Origin: an uncultured Ectothiorhodospiraceae bacterium
GTDB taxonomy: Bacteria > Pseudomonadota > Gammaproteobacteria > JAABTG01
Length of the DNA: 43,071 bases
Assembly (NCBI GenBank): GCA_964461215.1
Contig: CAYWTP010000002.1
Span: 1 to 43,071, forward strand
Direction: 5' to 3'
Shown: positions 17,415 to 26,112 of the stretch, one piece after another
Position numbering within the stretch: position 1 is the first letter of the stretch
Layout: every line of letters starts with the position of its first letter
Translations under genes and position numbers: made by a program
The notes under the pieces: model-generated
What the model was told of the DNA's origin: nothing
Seen by the model: the letters and a program-made list of their open reading frames with translations, nothing else
Database searches by the model: none

Positions 17415-18038
17415 ATGCTGGATTTCTATCTCAACGCCTTTATCCTGCTGTTCGTGGTCCTCGACCCGGTGGGCATGGCGCCCACTTTCGGGGCAATCAC
17501 CCGCGGTAGCTCGGAGCTTCACCGGCGGCCAATGGCGCTGCGGGCGTGCCTGCTGTCCTTCGTGATCCTCGTGCTCTTCGCCGTGGCAGGAAATACGATT
17601 CTGCGGCACCTGGGCATCGGGCTGCCGGCGTTCGGGATCGCCGGCGGTCTGCTGCTGTTCCTGCTTGCCGTCGACATGGTCTTTGCCCGGCAGTCGGGTC
17701 TGCGCTCGACCACCGAGCGTGAGCAGGCCGAGGCCGCGGGCCGGGCCGACGTATCGGTCTTTCCCCTGGCCTTTCCGCTCATTGCCGGTCCGGGGGCCAT
17801 GACGACCGTTCTGCTGCTGGCCGGCAGAGTGCAGGGGCAGCCATGGGCATTCGCCGGGCTGCTGGCCATCCTGGCACTGGAGATTGGACTGGTCCTGGGG
17901 GCTCTGCTGCTGGCAGGCCGGATCACGCGCATCCTGGGAGAGACCGGGGCCAACGTAGTGAGCCGCCTGCTGGGTCTGATCCTGACGGCGCTGGCGGTGC
18001 AGCTCGTGCTGGATGGGATCAAGGCGGCGCTGCTTTGA
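17415..18038 (+). CDS. MarC-family integral membrane protein
   Basis: Trimmed to MLDFYLNAFILLFVVLDPVG (family-typical start). 207 aa. Contains VFPLAFPLIAGPGAMTT. Confidence 0.85.
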   Translation: MLDFYLNAFILLFVVLDPVGMAPTFGAITRGSSELHRRPMALRACLLSFVILVLFAVAGNTILRHLGIGLPAFGIAGGLLLFLLAVDMVFARQSGLRSTTEREQAEAAGRADVSVFPLAFPLIAGPGAMTTVLLLAGRVQGQPWAFAGLLAILALEIGLVLGALLLAGRITRILGETGANVVSRLLGLILTALAVQLVLDGIKAALL

Positions 18039-19519
18039 GAGCTGTCCGCTGGCTACACCTCCTTCCGGGCTTGGTCCTGATGTCGGGCTGCCTTGTCCTG
18101 CCCGCGGCCTCCACCGGCCATGCCGGCGCCACCGCCGCATTTGCTCGTACGCTTGGCACATGGCCCTATCGCGAGTACTGGGCCGGGACCCTCTTTCACG
18201 GGGCCAGGATAGGCTACAGCCACCTGCGCCTGGAGCCGGCGGACCATAGGCCGGGAAGCTTCACCATCCACTCCGAGGCCTTCATGCGCTTTCACTTCAA
18301 GGCCACGGATAAACGGGTGGATTTATCGGCGGTCGACCAGGTGGATGGCGATCTGTCTCTGCGCAGCTTCCATTACGATTTTGACCTGGACGGCAGCCGG
18401 CTGGCCCTGCGAGGCGAGGTACACGACGGCAGCTTGACGGTGGAGGTACGCACGTCCCAGCAGACCAACGCCATTGCCTATGCGCTTGACGGCCCGATCT
18501 ACCCCAGCAGCGCGATTGTCCTGTACCCGCTGCTGCACGGGCTGGCGGTGGGGCGCCGTTACGCTTACACGGTCTACAGCGGTGAGACCAGGACGCTGGA
18601 TGCGGTCACCCAGGAGGTTGTGGCCTACGGCCCGGGTGAGGGCTACCGCGGCAATGCCTACCGGATACGGACGCAGATCGGGAGCAAGCAGGCGAGCACC
18701 TGGATCGACGATTCGGGCCGGCCGGTGCTGGAGAAGGCCCTGGACGGGGTGTTCGAATCCCGCTTGGAGCCTGAGGACCGTGCCCGCAACTATCTCACGC
18801 TCGCCGTGCTGAACAAGCAGGACGCGGTCCTGGATCTGAGCTTGATCCCGAGCGAGCCGCCCGTGCAGCGTCCACGCCAGGTCGGCGTCCTGGATCTGGT
18901 TCTTGAGGGGGTGCCCGACGATTTCCCGGTGCCCAGCGATGCCTTGCAGCACTGCCGGCGGGAACGCGGCGGCGTGCGATGCCGCGTCGATACGAACGAC
19001 TCCCCGGGTACCCCCGTCGGCCCGAGGACTGCACTGGCGTTTCTGGGCGACTCCCTGGCCGTACCCACCAGCCATCCCCGGATCGGCCGTCTGGCGCGCA
19101 CCGTGAACGGCCGCCTGCACGATGCCCGGCAGCAAATCCAGGCCATCCTGGACTGGCTTGGCGAGCACGTCAGGCGCGAGCCCGTAGATGTGTTCTCGGC
19201 GCTGGACGTGCTGGACACCGGCAGGGCCGAATGTCAGGGCCACACCTATCTCTATACCGCCCTGGCCCGCTCTCTGGGCATCCCCACCAGGGTGGTCAAC
19301 GGGATCGTCTATTCGAGCCGGTCCCGGGGGTTTCTTTATCACACCTGGGCCGAGAGCGTGGTGGACGGGCGCTGGGTGGCCGTGGATCCGACCTTCGGTC
19401 AGGCCCGGGCCGATGCGACGCATCTCAAGCTGATCGTGGGCGAGGAGCTGGCGCAGCTCACCCCCCTGGCGCGCTTGGTCGGAAAGCTACGGGTGCGGGT
19501 GATCTCCGCTCGTTACTGA
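18035..19519 (+). CDS. transglutaminase-like (Cys-His-Asp) domain lipoprotein
   Basis: TTG at 18035 overlaps the marC stop. The signal peptide plus lipobox-like sequence is RAVRWLHLLPGLVLMSGC. The C-terminal catalytic core is GRAECQGHTYLYTALARSLGIP...FLYHTWAE...WVAVDPT. Confidence 0.75.
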   Translation: MRAVRWLHLLPGLVLMSGCLVLPAASTGHAGATAAFARTLGTWPYREYWAGTLFHGARIGYSHLRLEPADHRPGSFTIHSEAFMRFHFKATDKRVDLSAVDQVDGDLSLRSFHYDFDLDGSRLALRGEVHDGSLTVEVRTSQQTNAIAYALDGPIYPSSAIVLYPLLHGLAVGRRYAYTVYSGETRTLDAVTQEVVAYGPGEGYRGNAYRIRTQIGSKQASTWIDDSGRPVLEKALDGVFESRLEPEDRARNYLTLAVLNKQDAVLDLSLIPSEPPVQRPRQVGVLDLVLEGVPDDFPVPSDALQHCRRERGGVRCRVDTNDSPGTPVGPRTALAFLGDSLAVPTSHPRIGRLARTVNGRLHDARQQIQAILDWLGEHVRREPVDVFSALDVLDTGRAECQGHTYLYTALARSLGIPTRVVNGIVYSSRSRGFLYHTWAESVVDGRWVAVDPTFGQARADATHLKLIVGEELAQLTPLARLVGKLRVRVISARY

Positions 19520-19706
19520 GCGGTGGCCGGAGCGGCGTCACCGGCCGCCACGGCTTGATTGAAGCCGCATCGCGCCTGTGATACATAGGATACGGACTTG
19601 CCGCCCGCGGGCAGGGGCACGGGTCTGCCACTTCGGTCCCACAGAAAAGCAAGGAAGGCGCTTGTCCCAATCACCGCATGTCAATAAGCTCCAGGGGAGA
19701 TACCTC

Positions 19707-20015
19707 ATGAATTTTTTCAAGCGTTTTGCCCTCGCCTCCGCGTTCGCAGCTCTGGCCGCCGCGAGCGGTGGTCTTCAGGCGGCCTCCGTCGACTTCAACA
19801 GCTTGGTGGGACAGTCCCTGGACAGCCTCAGTCCGGCCGCGGCCGAGCGGGTGCTGACCCGGTACGCCGAGGGCGGGATCCTCGAATTCGCGCCCGCCGA
19901 GCAGCGCATCGAATTCCTCAAGGAGCTGGAGACCAAACTGACGCCCAATTCCACCGGCTACGAGCGGGCCGAGCTGCTCATCGAGTCGGCCCAGTCGGCT
20001 CACCCCCAGAAGTAG
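19707..20015 (+). CDS. small secreted hypothetical protein (102 aa)
   Basis: ATG at 19707 is preceded by GGGGAGA. The signal peptide is MNFFKRFALASAFAALAAASGGLQA|AS. No family recognised. Confidence 0.5.
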   Translation: MNFFKRFALASAFAALAAASGGLQAASVDFNSLVGQSLDSLSPAAAERVLTRYAEGGILEFAPAEQRIEFLKELETKLTPNSTGYERAELLIESAQSAHPQK

Positions 20016-20186
20016 CCGCGGCTCCGGACGACGGGCACGCGATCCCGCCGGCTTCTCCGGGGGCCGGTGGGTCGCGGGTCTTGCCGGCGGATCAGGCTCG
20101 GCGCCGCCAGCCATGGCCGCAGGTGCCAGCATTTCCCGCACCCACACCCGCGAGGATTGGGTTACCGCGCTTACGAGTGCCAGAGC

Positions 20187-20930
20187 ATGAAGAAGAGTAA
20201 ACCGGTGGTGATGGTGGTGGACTCCAGGGAGATCTTCGATGCCGTGGCAGCCACCCTGGACCAGGAGTTTGACCCGGGTAGGCTGATTCACTGTGCAACG
20301 CTGGAAGCGGCCATGGAGATCATCGACTCGGCTACCGCGGTTGACTTCATCTTGAGCGACTGGAAAATCGCGGGCGCTTATTTTCTGGAGGCGGTGCGTC
20401 GCGATCCCGAGACCAGGCATACGCCCGTGGTGGTCCTGTCCGAGAACGACACCGACCAGATCATCGCCGGTGCCATGCGTGCCGGGGCCTCCGATTTTCT
20501 GGCCAAGCCCTTTCTCACGAGAGCGCTGGTGGACCGCGTACGCCGGGTCACCAGGTTTCGCGAGCGCAGGAACCGGAGCCGCGTGCGCCTGCCTGCCGGT
20601 GCCACGGTCGCGCTGCTGCTGCCCGCCGGCGGAGACATGTCGCTGGAGCTTTTCGACATGTCCATCAACGGCTGCAGTGCCAGAGGTCCCGTCGATCTGT
20701 GTGGCAAGCTGCGGATCTACGAGCACGCCGCCTTGCGCTTGAAGTACGCGCAATGGTCCATAGGGCTGCGGGGCCAGCTCATTCGCATGGAGCATGATCC
20801 CGAGGCGGCGCACCCCGGCGGGACCATATTGATCGCTTTCTCCTTCGGCGAGCCGAAGTCCAAGGTCCGCCAGGACTTGGAGGGTCTGCTGGATGATCTC
20901 TACGCCTCCGGGGGAGTGGAGCAGGGGTGA
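20187..20930 (+). CDS. response-regulator receiver domain + PilZ (c-di-GMP binding) domain protein
   Basis: Trimmed to MKKSKPVVMVVDS. REC features: DFILSDWKI (acceptor Asp), VVVLSEN, FLAKPF. PilZ motifs: RERRNRSR (RxxxR) and DMSINGCS (DxSxxG). Confidence 0.7.
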   Translation: MKKSKPVVMVVDSREIFDAVAATLDQEFDPGRLIHCATLEAAMEIIDSATAVDFILSDWKIAGAYFLEAVRRDPETRHTPVVVLSENDTDQIIAGAMRAGASDFLAKPFLTRALVDRVRRVTRFRERRNRSRVRLPAGATVALLLPAGGDMSLELFDMSINGCSARGPVDLCGKLRIYEHAALRLKYAQWSIGLRGQLIRMEHDPEAAHPGGTILIAFSFGEPKSKVRQDLEGLLDDLYASGGVEQG

Positions 20931-20966
20931 TCGACCAGCACCCGCCGTTCCGCCCGGGGGAAAGCT

Positions 20967-21194
20967 TTGCCGACTTGCGATGCGCTGCGTCCAGTGTGCA
21001 TTGACTGGACATCGCCGGTGCCCACCAATCCCCGGGCCGCCCACCAGCACTTCGCGGCCCGCGCCCTGTTGGTGGGCAACCGCCTCGATCTGAAGGCTCT
21101 CAGACACATCGACAGGCTCGCGGCGAGCCCGCCGGCGGTTGCCGTGGTCGAAATATTCCTCACCCTGTATGGGCTGTTCGTTCGCGGTCATTGA
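20967..21194 (+). pseudogene. possible truncated remnant of an RMD1/DUF155-family gene
   Basis: The 75-aa ORF ...HFAARALLVGNRLDLKALRHIDRLAASPPAVAVVEIFLTLYGLFVRGH* resembles, from memory, only the first ~60 residues of bacterial RMD1/DUF155 proteins (..RALLLGERLDLRAL...P..v....FRYGvvV). Those proteins are normally about 260 aa. Confidence 0.25.
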
Positions 21195-21224
21195 AGGTCG
21201 CTATGTCACAAATCAGGAGAAATC

Positions 21225-22001
21225 ATGTCCGACGAACCACTGATTGCCGTGTTTGTGGATTTCGAGAATCTGGCCCTGGGCGTGCGCGACATGAACTGGG
21301 GGGACTTTCAGGTCCAGCTCGTGCTGAAGCGCTTGCTGGAGAAGGGACGCATCGTGTTCAAGCGTGCCTACTGTGACTGGAGCAACTACCGCAGCGCGGT
21401 GCGGGAGTTTCATTCCCAGGGCATCGAGATGATCGATATTCCCCAGAGCAAGATGAGCGGCAAGAACAGCGCCGACATTCACATGGTGGTGGATGCCATG
21501 GATCTATGCTACGCGAAGCAGCACATCGACATCTTCGCGCTGCTTTCCGGTGACAGCGATTTCTCCCCCCTGGTGTCCAAGCTCAAGGAAAATAATAAGC
21601 GGGTCATCGGCTGTGGCGTCAAGAGTTCCACCTCGGATCTGCTCATCGCCGGTTGCGATGAGTTCATCTACTACGATGATCTGGTGCGTGCCGCCCAGAA
21701 GCCCCGTCCGGCGCGCAAGAAGGGCAAGAAGGAGCCGGATACCAAGAAGCAGGAGGCCGTGGACCTGCTGGTGGAGATCGTGCGGGCCCTGGAGGCGGAC
21801 TATGACCCGGTCTGGGGCTCGCTGGTTAAGCAAACCCTGCGCCGTGTGCATCCCGGATTCAGCGAGGGCTACTACGGCTACCGATCCTTCGCCGACCTGC
21901 TCAAGGGCGGCGAGGCGGCGGGAGCCATCCGGCTCGAATACGACGAGAGCCGGGGCAACTACAAGGTGCGACTGGCAGAGGAAGGCAACGACAACGCCTG
22001 A
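21225..22001 (+). CDS. NYN (LabA-like) nuclease domain + OST-HTH/LOTUS RNA-binding domain protein
   Basis: 258 aa. NYN region: IAVFVDFENL, KRAYCDW, GKNSADIHMVVD, FALLSGDSDFSPLVSKLKENNKRVIG. A basic linker (KKGKKEPDTKK) follows. Then a LOTUS-like region: WGSLVKQTLRRVHPGFSEGYYGYRSFADLL. Confidence 0.85.
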   Translation: MSDEPLIAVFVDFENLALGVRDMNWGDFQVQLVLKRLLEKGRIVFKRAYCDWSNYRSAVREFHSQGIEMIDIPQSKMSGKNSADIHMVVDAMDLCYAKQHIDIFALLSGDSDFSPLVSKLKENNKRVIGCGVKSSTSDLLIAGCDEFIYYDDLVRAAQKPRPARKKGKKEPDTKKQEAVDLLVEIVRALEADYDPVWGSLVKQTLRRVHPGFSEGYYGYRSFADLLKGGEAAGAIRLEYDESRGNYKVRLAEEGNDNA

Positions 22002-22022
22002 ACTTTAGGTAGAAGACCGATA

Positions 22023-22049
22023 TTGACCTAGCCACGGATTTGCTATGAT
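22023..22049 (+). promoter_or_regulatory. sigma70-like promoter with extended -10, upstream of the first RRM gene
   Basis: TTGACC (22023-22028), a 15-nt spacer (short), then TGcTATGAT (extended -10, TATGAT at 22044-22049). Confidence 0.4.
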
Positions 22050-22056
22050 TCTACGC

Positions 22057-22106
22057 AACGCCGGGTGGCGTTCCGGGAGAAAGCGGCCGCGGACGGCCGG
22101 CTTTTT
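22057..22106 (+). promoter_or_regulatory. structured leader with two hairpins, the second terminator-like
   Basis: First hairpin: AACGCC-gggt-GGCGTT (22057-22072). Second: a GC-rich stem at 22081-22103 (7 bp plus one bulge, loop CGGA) running into TTTTT (22102-22106). This is about 80 nt upstream of the ATG at 22188. Confidence 0.3.
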
Positions 22107-22187
22107 GGGCAACTGCGGGGCTTCATGCTGCGCGTGGTGCAGGCGGTCCGGCAGTGGGAATGCCTATTGATGGAAAGTGGAGAGCAG

Positions 22188-22457
22188 ATGAAGACGATCT
22201 ATGTGGGGAATCTTCCCTTCAGCGCATCCGAGTCCGAGATTGAAGCCTTGTTCGCGCAGCACGGAAACGTTCACTCCGTGAAGCTCATCAACGATCGCGA
22301 GACCGGCCGGCCGCGTGGCTTCGGGTTCGTGGAGATGGAGGCAGCCGGGGCCGATAAGGCCATCGAGGCCCTGGACGGCAAGGATTTCGGCGGCCGCAAT
22401 CTGCGGGTGAACGAGGCGCAGGAGCGCAAGCCGTCCCGACCACCGCGCCGTTTCTGA
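22188..22457 (+). CDS. RRM-type (RNP-1/RNP-2) RNA-binding protein
   Basis: MKTIYVGNLPFSASE (RNP-2 IYVGNL) ... RGFGFVEM (RNP-1). 89 aa. Confidence 0.9.
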   Translation: MKTIYVGNLPFSASESEIEALFAQHGNVHSVKLINDRETGRPRGFGFVEMEAAGADKAIEALDGKDFGGRNLRVNEAQERKPSRPPRRF

Positions 22458-22464
22458 TTACGGA

Positions 22465-22496
22465 AGCCGGCCAGCCCTTACGAGGGCACGCCGGCT
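22465..22496. terminator. hairpin between the convergent RRM and slyD genes
   Basis: AGCCGGC (22465-22471) / GCCGGCT (22490-22496) form the outer stem, with an inner GCCC/GGGC stem. There is no strong T run. Confidence 0.3.
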
Positions 22497-22977
22497 AGTG
22501 GTCGTGTCCGCCGGGGCCGTGCACGTGACCGTGGCTGAGCTCTTCCGGCGTGGCCGGGCGCACCTCCGCGACGGTGACGTCGAAGTTCAGGGTGACCCCG
22601 GCCAGCGGGTGGTTGGCGTCGACGGTGACCTCATCGCCCTCCACCGCCACTACCGTCACCACCTGCATGCCGCCGGAGGTAGGGGTATGGAACTGCATGC
22701 CCACCGCAATCTCATCGTCCAGTTCGAAGCGTTCCCGCGGTACCACCTGGGTTAGCGCATCGTTGCGCTCGCCATAGCCATCTTCGGGCTGCACGGACAC
22801 CTTCAGGCTGTCTCCCGCGGACCGGCCTTCCAGTGCTCGCTCCAGGCCGGGTATGATGTTGCCGACCCCGTGGATGTACGCCAGGGGCTCGTGGCCTTCG
22901 GACGAATCCAGGACGGTGCCTTCCTCATCGGTGAGCGTGTAGTCAATGGTCACGACGGCGTCTTTGGCAATCTGCAT
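22495..22977 (-). CDS. slyD: FKBP-type peptidyl-prolyl isomerase SlyD with a His-rich tail
   Basis: MQIAKDAVVTIDYTLTDEEG...LAYIHG.GNIIPGLE.AL.G...DANHPLAG..L.F.V.V..VR, with tail HGHVHGPGGHDH. Confidence 0.9.
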   Translation of the reverse strand: MQIAKDAVVTIDYTLTDEEGTVLDSSEGHEPLAYIHGVGNIIPGLERALEGRSAGDSLKVSVQPEDGYGERNDALTQVVPRERFELDDEIAVGMQFHTPTSGGMQVVTVVAVEGDEVTVDANHPLAGVTLNFDVTVAEVRPATPEELSHGHVHGPGGHDH

Positions 22978-23128
22978 GATGGGCCCCGGTTAGTGAAGCA
23001 GGGGCGCAGTTTACCCGTCCCTTGTCCGCCATTCCAGGATTAGGGGCGCGCACTTACCGCTGCCCTGATCCGGACGGCCTTGTCACACCCGCCGCCCGCG
23101 GCGCCCACAGTTACTCCGGAGCACGTGC

Positions 23129-24598
23129 ATGAATGCCCGCGCTGTTGCCCCAAGCGTATCCGCAACCCGTGATCAGCAGCCCGTCAGACCCCAGGGCATC
23201 ATGCCGCCACCTGCTTCTCGTGATCCCCAGGTAGAAAGCAGCCTGCGCGAGTCGCTGCGCGACGCTGCGGCCTTCTCCGTGATGGCCGGCGGAGGCGAGA
23301 GCTATTTCGCGGCCTTCGCGATTTTTCTCAAAGCCAGCACCCAGCAGATCGCATGGCTAGCGGCCCTGCCCTCCCTGGTGGGTTCGCTGGCCCAGCTACT
23401 TTCCGTCTGGCTGGGCCAGCGCGCGGGACGACAGCGGCTGATCGTGACCGGCGCGACGGTGCAGGCGGCCACTTGGCTGCCGTTGATGCTGGTGCCGGTG
23501 CTGCTGCCCGGGGACCCGCTGCCCTGGCTGATTCTCTGTGTGGCGCTCTACCATGCAGCGGGCAATCTGATCGCCCCGCAGTGGGCAAGCCTGATGGGGG
23601 ACCTGGTGCCCGGGCGCCGCCGCGGACGCTATTTCGCCCGCCGTACCCGCCTCGCAAACCTGACCACATTTCTGGCGATGGTGGCGGCCGGTGGTGTGCT
23701 GGACGTCTTCAGCCGTCAGTCCATGGCCCTGGAGGGCTACGTCCTGGTGTTCAGCGTGGCCGCAGCAGCGCGGCTGATCTCGGCACGCTACCTGCGACGT
23801 ATGCACGACCCGTCCCGGCACATGGCTATGTCGCCGGCTGGGGGTGAACTCCGTCGGTGGCTGGGTCGGCTGCGTGGCTCACCCTTCCTGCACTTCTCGG
23901 TGTCAGTGGCGCTGATGCAGGGTGCCGTGGCCATCGCGGCACCTTTCTTCAGCGTGCACATGCTGCGCAACCTCCAGCTCTCGTATCTGCAATACATGGG
24001 CTTGATGGCGGCAAGCGTGCTCGCCCAGTTCCTAACCCTGAATACGTGGGGGCGGATCAGCGATGCCTTCGGCAATCGCCTGGTCCTGGCGACCACCGGG
24101 CTGTTGATCCCGGTGATCCCGGCCCTGTGGCTGGTCTCGGACCACTACGGGTATCTGCTGGCGGTACAGGCGATGTCGGGACTGGCCTGGGGCGGATTCA
24201 GCCTGAGCACCGGAAATTTTCTCTACGATCTCCTGCCGGGGCGCCGGCTCGCGCCGTACATGGCGCTGCACAGCGTGGCTAGCAACCTGGTAGTCTTTTG
24301 CGGCGCGTTGCTGGGAGGCTACCTGGCGGCTCATCTGCCGGTGGTGTTGCAGGTGGCTGGTCTCGAATGGCGCTGGCGCTACCCGTTGTTCGGCGTCTTC
24401 GCACTATCGGCCATCACCCGCCTGGCGGTAAGCGTTGCGCTACTGTCCAGGGTGCGGGAGGTACGCGACGTGCGTCCCATGTCCGTGGGCGGCCTCATCT
24501 TCCGGGCCGCGCGTTTTAACGCGGTGTCGGGCGTGGTCTTCGACATCGTGGGGGCGGTACGGCGCCGCGATCCGCCGCAGCGCCAGGAAGCCGTCTGA
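23129..24598 (+). CDS. MFS transporter
   Basis: 489 aa with about 12 predicted TM segments. It has the loop motif GDLVPGRRRGRYFA (MFS 2-3 loop-like). The start is uncertain; an alternative Met lies at 23201. Confidence 0.75.
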   Translation: MNARAVAPSVSATRDQQPVRPQGIMPPPASRDPQVESSLRESLRDAAAFSVMAGGGESYFAAFAIFLKASTQQIAWLAALPSLVGSLAQLLSVWLGQRAGRQRLIVTGATVQAATWLPLMLVPVLLPGDPLPWLILCVALYHAAGNLIAPQWASLMGDLVPGRRRGRYFARRTRLANLTTFLAMVAAGGVLDVFSRQSMALEGYVLVFSVAAAARLISARYLRRMHDPSRHMAMSPAGGELRRWLGRLRGSPFLHFSVSVALMQGAVAIAAPFFSVHMLRNLQLSYLQYMGLMAASVLAQFLTLNTWGRISDAFGNRLVLATTGLLIPVIPALWLVSDHYGYLLAVQAMSGLAWGGFSLSTGNFLYDLLPGRRLAPYMALHSVASNLVVFCGALLGGYLAAHLPVVLQVAGLEWRWRYPLFGVFALSAITRLAVSVALLSRVREVRDVRPMSVGGLIFRAARFNAVSGVVFDIVGAVRRRDPPQRQEAV

Positions 24599-24652
24599 AC
24601 GTCAGCGACGCGCAATCCGGGGCAAAGCCGTCGAGCGTCCTCAGGCCTTGGG

Positions 24653-25972
24653 CTAGAGGATCGCGGCGTAGTCCGCCTCGATGCGCTTGAGGTCCAGGTG
24701 GTTGATGAAGTTGGAATACGCCATCCAGCTTGTCAGGGCCGCCAGATCCGCGATCTGCGGCGGCACGAAGCGCGGCGGCTCGACGATGCCTTCGGCCACC
24801 AGGTCGGCCAGGGTGCGGACGTCCTCCAGAGTGGTCTTGCCGCAGAACAGTAGCTGGATCCGGCTGGGCTTGCCGCGGCGCACCGCGAGCTGGATGTAGT
24901 TGTAGATGAGCACGAAGCCCTTGCTGTAGACCAGATCCTTGGTGAACGGGCCGCCCGCCGGCGTGCTGCCGCGAAACACGCGGGCGGCGTTGTTGTAGCT
25001 CTCGACCTCCCCGAAGCCCTGGTCACGGAAGAATTCGAAGACCTGCAGGAAGTCGGCACCGTCCTCGGCCATCTTGACGCCCAGTATGCGGTTGGTCAGG
25101 CGCCTTACCCGGGCCGGGTGGGAGGCGAAGCAGAAGATCTCCATCAGTATGGCCAGCCCTTCCTGGGTCACGGTGGAGGATGGGGGGCCTTTGCTCAGAA
25201 AGGTGCAGGCGGGCTGGCGCAGCCCGTTCAGGGTGGTACCGAGGTGTACCCAGCCTTCGTGGATCTCCAGCATGCGCAGGTCGCGCTGGCTGAAGCGGGC
25301 GTCGCTGCGCAGCTTGATATAATCGGCCCCCGCGGCGGCGTCGGAGACGATGCCGTCGCTGAGCTTGACCTCCACCGGCTGCTCCGCGTCCCGGAAGTAC
25401 TCATTCAGGCGCTGCTGGAGCACCTGTACCGCGTCCCGGGCCTCGATGTCCTTCGGGTCCTGCTCCGCGAGCACATCGCGGTCCACGTTGGTCAGCGTGT
25501 CCGAGAGCAGCGCCGCCATGTCGCCCAGGCTGGGATCGCCGGCATGGAAGGCGTCGCTGGAGCTGCCGTAGAGCTGCTGTGAGATCTTGGAGAACTCGGG
25601 CAGACCTCGGTTCTCGAGCATCCGGACCACGTCGCAGTACTCCCGGCACATGCGCTCCATCATCTTGCCCAACGGATTGAACTGGCCCAGGGTACGCCGC
25701 ACGTCGTGAGCGATGTCCTCGAGCTCCAGGCGCTTCTGAGCCGGCTCGAAGGGCAGGGGGCTGCGGGTGTAATAGTCCCGGTCCACCGGAGGCGGCTCTT
25801 TGAAATTGCTTTCGAAGAAGGCGCCCTGTACGCCGGGGTCCCACTTGATGGAGTCCAGGATGCGGATGGGGCGCTGGGCCTGGACGATGCGATCGGACAG
25901 ACCCTTGATGGTGTTCCTGTACTGCTCTAGGCGGCTGGAGTCGATCACTAGCGTTTCCGGATTCGTGCCCAT
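24653..25972 (-). CDS. DUF1704 / QEGLA-motif protein (MATCAP-like putative metallocarboxypeptidase)
   Basis: 439 aa with the exact QEGLA motif (TVTQEGLAILME) and an HExxH site (LEIHEGWVHLG). Confidence 0.8.
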   Translation of the reverse strand: MGTNPETLVIDSSRLEQYRNTIKGLSDRIVQAQRPIRILDSIKWDPGVQGAFFESNFKEPPPVDRDYYTRSPLPFEPAQKRLELEDIAHDVRRTLGQFNPLGKMMERMCREYCDVVRMLENRGLPEFSKISQQLYGSSSDAFHAGDPSLGDMAALLSDTLTNVDRDVLAEQDPKDIEARDAVQVLQQRLNEYFRDAEQPVEVKLSDGIVSDAAAGADYIKLRSDARFSQRDLRMLEIHEGWVHLGTTLNGLRQPACTFLSKGPPSSTVTQEGLAILMEIFCFASHPARVRRLTNRILGVKMAEDGADFLQVFEFFRDQGFGEVESYNNAARVFRGSTPAGGPFTKDLVYSKGFVLIYNYIQLAVRRGKPSRIQLLFCGKTTLEDVRTLADLVAEGIVEPPRFVPPQIADLAALTSWMAYSNFINHLDLKRIEADYAAIL

Positions 25973-26112
25973 TTTACCGGACGGGGACGGTTTGTGACGC
26001 TAGCATAGGGCAGGCCGAACGCGCCGCAAAGCGGCCCGCCTGCGCTGCATTGACCGCCGCGCCCGCGGTGGCTATCTTGGCCGGGTTCTCCAGCCGCGCG
26101 GATGGCCGGCGC

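Noticed and set aside
18745-18762. tRNA T-loop-like string GGTGTTCGAATCCCGC
   Set aside because: It lies inside the well-supported transglutaminase-like CDS (encoding GVFESRL). No acceptor or anticodon arms can be drawn around it.
19671-21191. 506-aa minus-strand ORF spanning the small secreted protein gene, the REC-PilZ gene and the spacer
   Set aside because: It has no recognisable domain and an Arg/Gly/Pro-rich composition. The plus-strand genes have RBSs, a signal peptide and REC/PilZ motifs.
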